A DNA stretch of 63,997 nucleotides, filler included, from Dimargaris cristalligena (Eukaryota): assembly GCA_003614675.1 (NCBI GenBank). It is 3 parts of 3 records of this genome, joined end to end, with 100 filler letters (N's around TTAATTAATTAA, not from the genome) between each part and the next. Parts side by side here need not be neighbours in the genome. Positions count along the whole stretch, not along the records: positions 45,265 to 63,997 come from ML002757.1; 2 more parts are not named here. The stretch is one strand, 5' to 3'. The translations under genes and the position numbers were made by a program. Positions 62,304 through 63,997 of the stretch are shown here, piece after piece. The notes below the pieces were generated by a model. It had not been told where the DNA came from, did not search any database, and was given only the letters and a program-made list of their open reading frames with translations. Numbering within the stretch: position 1 is the first letter of the stretch; each line of letters starts with the position of its first letter.

Positions 62304-63997
62304 CTAAATCAACCCGAAGCCTTCGGCGTTGCCAATTGCCGTCAAGAGCCGATCCTTGAGTTTATCCTGGGACTCGTATTCGGACAGGAGGAGGACGTTA
62401 AAGCACGTATGCGAAGTCGGCAACCGATCGGAATCGACACCATTCTTTGCAATGACGAACTGGAGTTTACCGAGTCCACCGATGGGGACCCGGTCGCTTC
62501 CGGTGGTGAAGAAGAGGAGGCGTTTCTTTTGTTCGTCCGAAAAGGCGTGGACCACATCCCAGAAGTAGCGAATCACTTTCGAAGTGGTGCTGAACCCCCC
62601 GTCGTAGGCCGTGACCTGTTCAAGGGCGCGGAAATCGAGGTCGGAGCTACCGCAGATGAGTTGTTCCACTTCCTCGGGGCGGAACAGTTTGATGGCACTA
62701 CCCGTACATACCGACTCGAACCCGGTGCGGAAGGCGTCGAACGCCCGCGCTACCGAGGTGTGCAGGAGGAAGGCGACGTAAAGATCCACGAATTCCACAC
62801 GGTTGGCCCGCGTAAGGGGAATTTGGGCGCCACCGGGTTTGAGTTCGTGGTGGTAGGTGTGGCCAATGTAGTCGTAACTCACCGCGAATGACCGGTCGAA
62901 GACTTCCTCTAGGTCGTCGCCGTCGTAGTCGAGCAGGGCCTGTAGACCCTGGGCCAGGGCAGGGTCCAGGACCCGCAGGTCCGCCAGTTGGGCGGGTTTG
63001 CCCATGAGTTTATTGTATAACACGGGGGGGAAGTGGACGTCCAGGATCACGGAGTTGTAAATGGCTAGGCCAATTAAGATGCCCATGAGTTTGTGTTCGG
63101 CGAAGGTGTCCTCGTCTTCATGGCTACCGTCCCCGTGGTTGTCCGCCGCCGGGGGCATGCGCGTAAACCAACACAGGCGGGTTTCCTCGTTGAACTCGAA
63201 CATGCCGTACTTGGCGTCGAACATCTCCCGGACCACGAGCTGGAAGAACTCCTTCTGGACCCCACCTTCATCGATGGCCTCTTCACCCACGAACCGGACT
63301 TTGAGTTGCTTACGGAGTTCGGCCGCGGGTTTGGCCGCCAGTTGACACATGGCGTCGCGCACAATATGGTCGCGCCGGATTTCCAGGACGAGGTACGGGC
63401 TATTAACCCCAATAAACATGGCCCGGAAGAAGGAGTCCTGGAGCTCCTGGCGCATATTGATCACGCTCTCGATTTTCAGGATATCGCTCTTCATGGCCGG
63501 GTTGAGGATAAAGGGGTAGTTACAAAATGAAAAACCCTCGTTAGTTTTGAACTTGGGGAAATCGTCCTTGATTTCGAGATTTTCATTGACGGTCTCGTTG
63601 TAGAACTCGGTGAAGGGGAGGAGTCGGGTCTTCTCGTTGAGATCGTACAGAATGGCCAGACATTTCGTCACCCGGATGACGTTTTCGTCGGTGTTGGGGG
63701 TGAGTCGGTCGGGGTGGTGGGTTCCGTCGGCGCCGCTACTACCCGAGGGCCGGGGCCGGTCCTGGATGTACTTGATGCGGCCGGATATGTACTGCTGGAA
63801 ATGCTGGACAATGGTGAGGAAGGTTTTGGCGCGGGATTCCTTTTCGTTTAAAGAGACCGGGGTGAGGCCGCCCTTCAAGTTAATGGAGTACCCCCCACCC
63901 AGAGTGTAGTGCGCCAGGGAGGGTGGTGGATTGTTGGGAGTGGTCGTGGCCAGGGCGGTACTACTACTACTACTACTGCTATTACTACTATCCCCGG
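62304..63997 (-). CDS. HECT E3 ubiquitin ligase (UBE3A/HECTD2/Hul4-like), 5'-partial
   Basis: FSFCNYPFIL, PYLVLEIRRDHIVRDA, LKVRFVGEEAIDEGGVQKEFF, GLAIYNSVILD, FTTGSDRVP, RLPTSHTCFN (catalytic Cys), EGFGLI*; the frame stays open to the window end. Confidence 0.95.
   Translation of the reverse strand, partial: GDSSNSSSSSSSTALATTTPNNPPPSLAHYTLGGGYSINLKGGLTPVSLNEKESRAKTFLTIVQHFQQYISGRIKYIQDRPRPSGSSGADGTHHPDRLTPNTDENVIRVTKCLAILYDLNEKTRLLPFTEFYNETVNENLEIKDDFPKFKTNEGFSFCNYPFILNPAMKSDILKIESVINMRQELQDSFFRAMFIGVNSPYLVLEIRRDHIVRDAMCQLAAKPAAELRKQLKVRFVGEEAIDEGGVQKEFFQLVVREMFDAKYGMFEFNEETRLCWFTRMPPAADNHGDGSHEDEDTFAEHKLMGILIGLAIYNSVILDVHFPPVLYNKLMGKPAQLADLRVLDPALAQGLQALLDYDGDDLEEVFDRSFAVSYDYIGHTYHHELKPGGAQIPLTRANRVEFVDLYVAFLLHTSVARAFDAFRTGFESVCTGSAIKLFRPEEVEQLICGSSDLDFRALEQVTAYDGGFSTTSKVIRYFWDVVHAFSDEQKKRLLFFTTGSDRVPIGGLGKLQFVIAKNGVDSDRLPTSHTCFNVLLLSEYESQDKLKDRLLTAIGNAEGFGLI

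Noticed and set aside
1..63997. CRISPR arrays, rRNA, selenoprotein/readthrough signals, AT-AC introns, biosynthetic gene cluster
   Set aside because: None seen by eye. All introns I resolved are GT-AG, no in-frame stops lie in conserved domains, and the genes are functionally unrelated.

Overview
Eukaryotic, intron-containing fungal DNA (gene content and intron style suggest an early-diverging fungus, possibly Zoopagomycota; this is inference). The window is three contigs joined by identical N44-TTAATTAATTAA-N44 linkers (22561-22660, 45165-45264), so adjacency across them is not biological. I spliced the genes by hand using GT-AG sites and reading phase. Contig 1: CCDC25/Jlp2-like, Y14/RBM8A, an unknown 2-TM PPxY protein, PDX2/SNO, a GATA factor, an LRR protein with an LRRC58-type C-terminus, Mim2-like, and the 5' end of V-ATPase subunit a. 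Contig 2: intron-containing tRNA-Tyr(GTA), a long non-coding stretch, casein kinase I, ROK1/DDX52, an MCMDC2-like gene, POP5 and an HMG-box gene. Contig 3: U6 snRNA, Rab5/Vps21, URM1, COQ9, GDT1, a NIPA Mg2+ transporter and the 3' part of a HECT E3 ligase. Most of this is housekeeping, and I see no convincing multi-gene novel system. The best leads are the fungal MCMDC2-like meiotic gene, the LRRC58-like putative cullin adaptor, a U6 with an extra 3' cUACGg hairpin, a Rab5 5' splice site inside a perfect palindrome, a possible tRNA-targeted element at a contig edge, and an orphan PPxY membrane protein.
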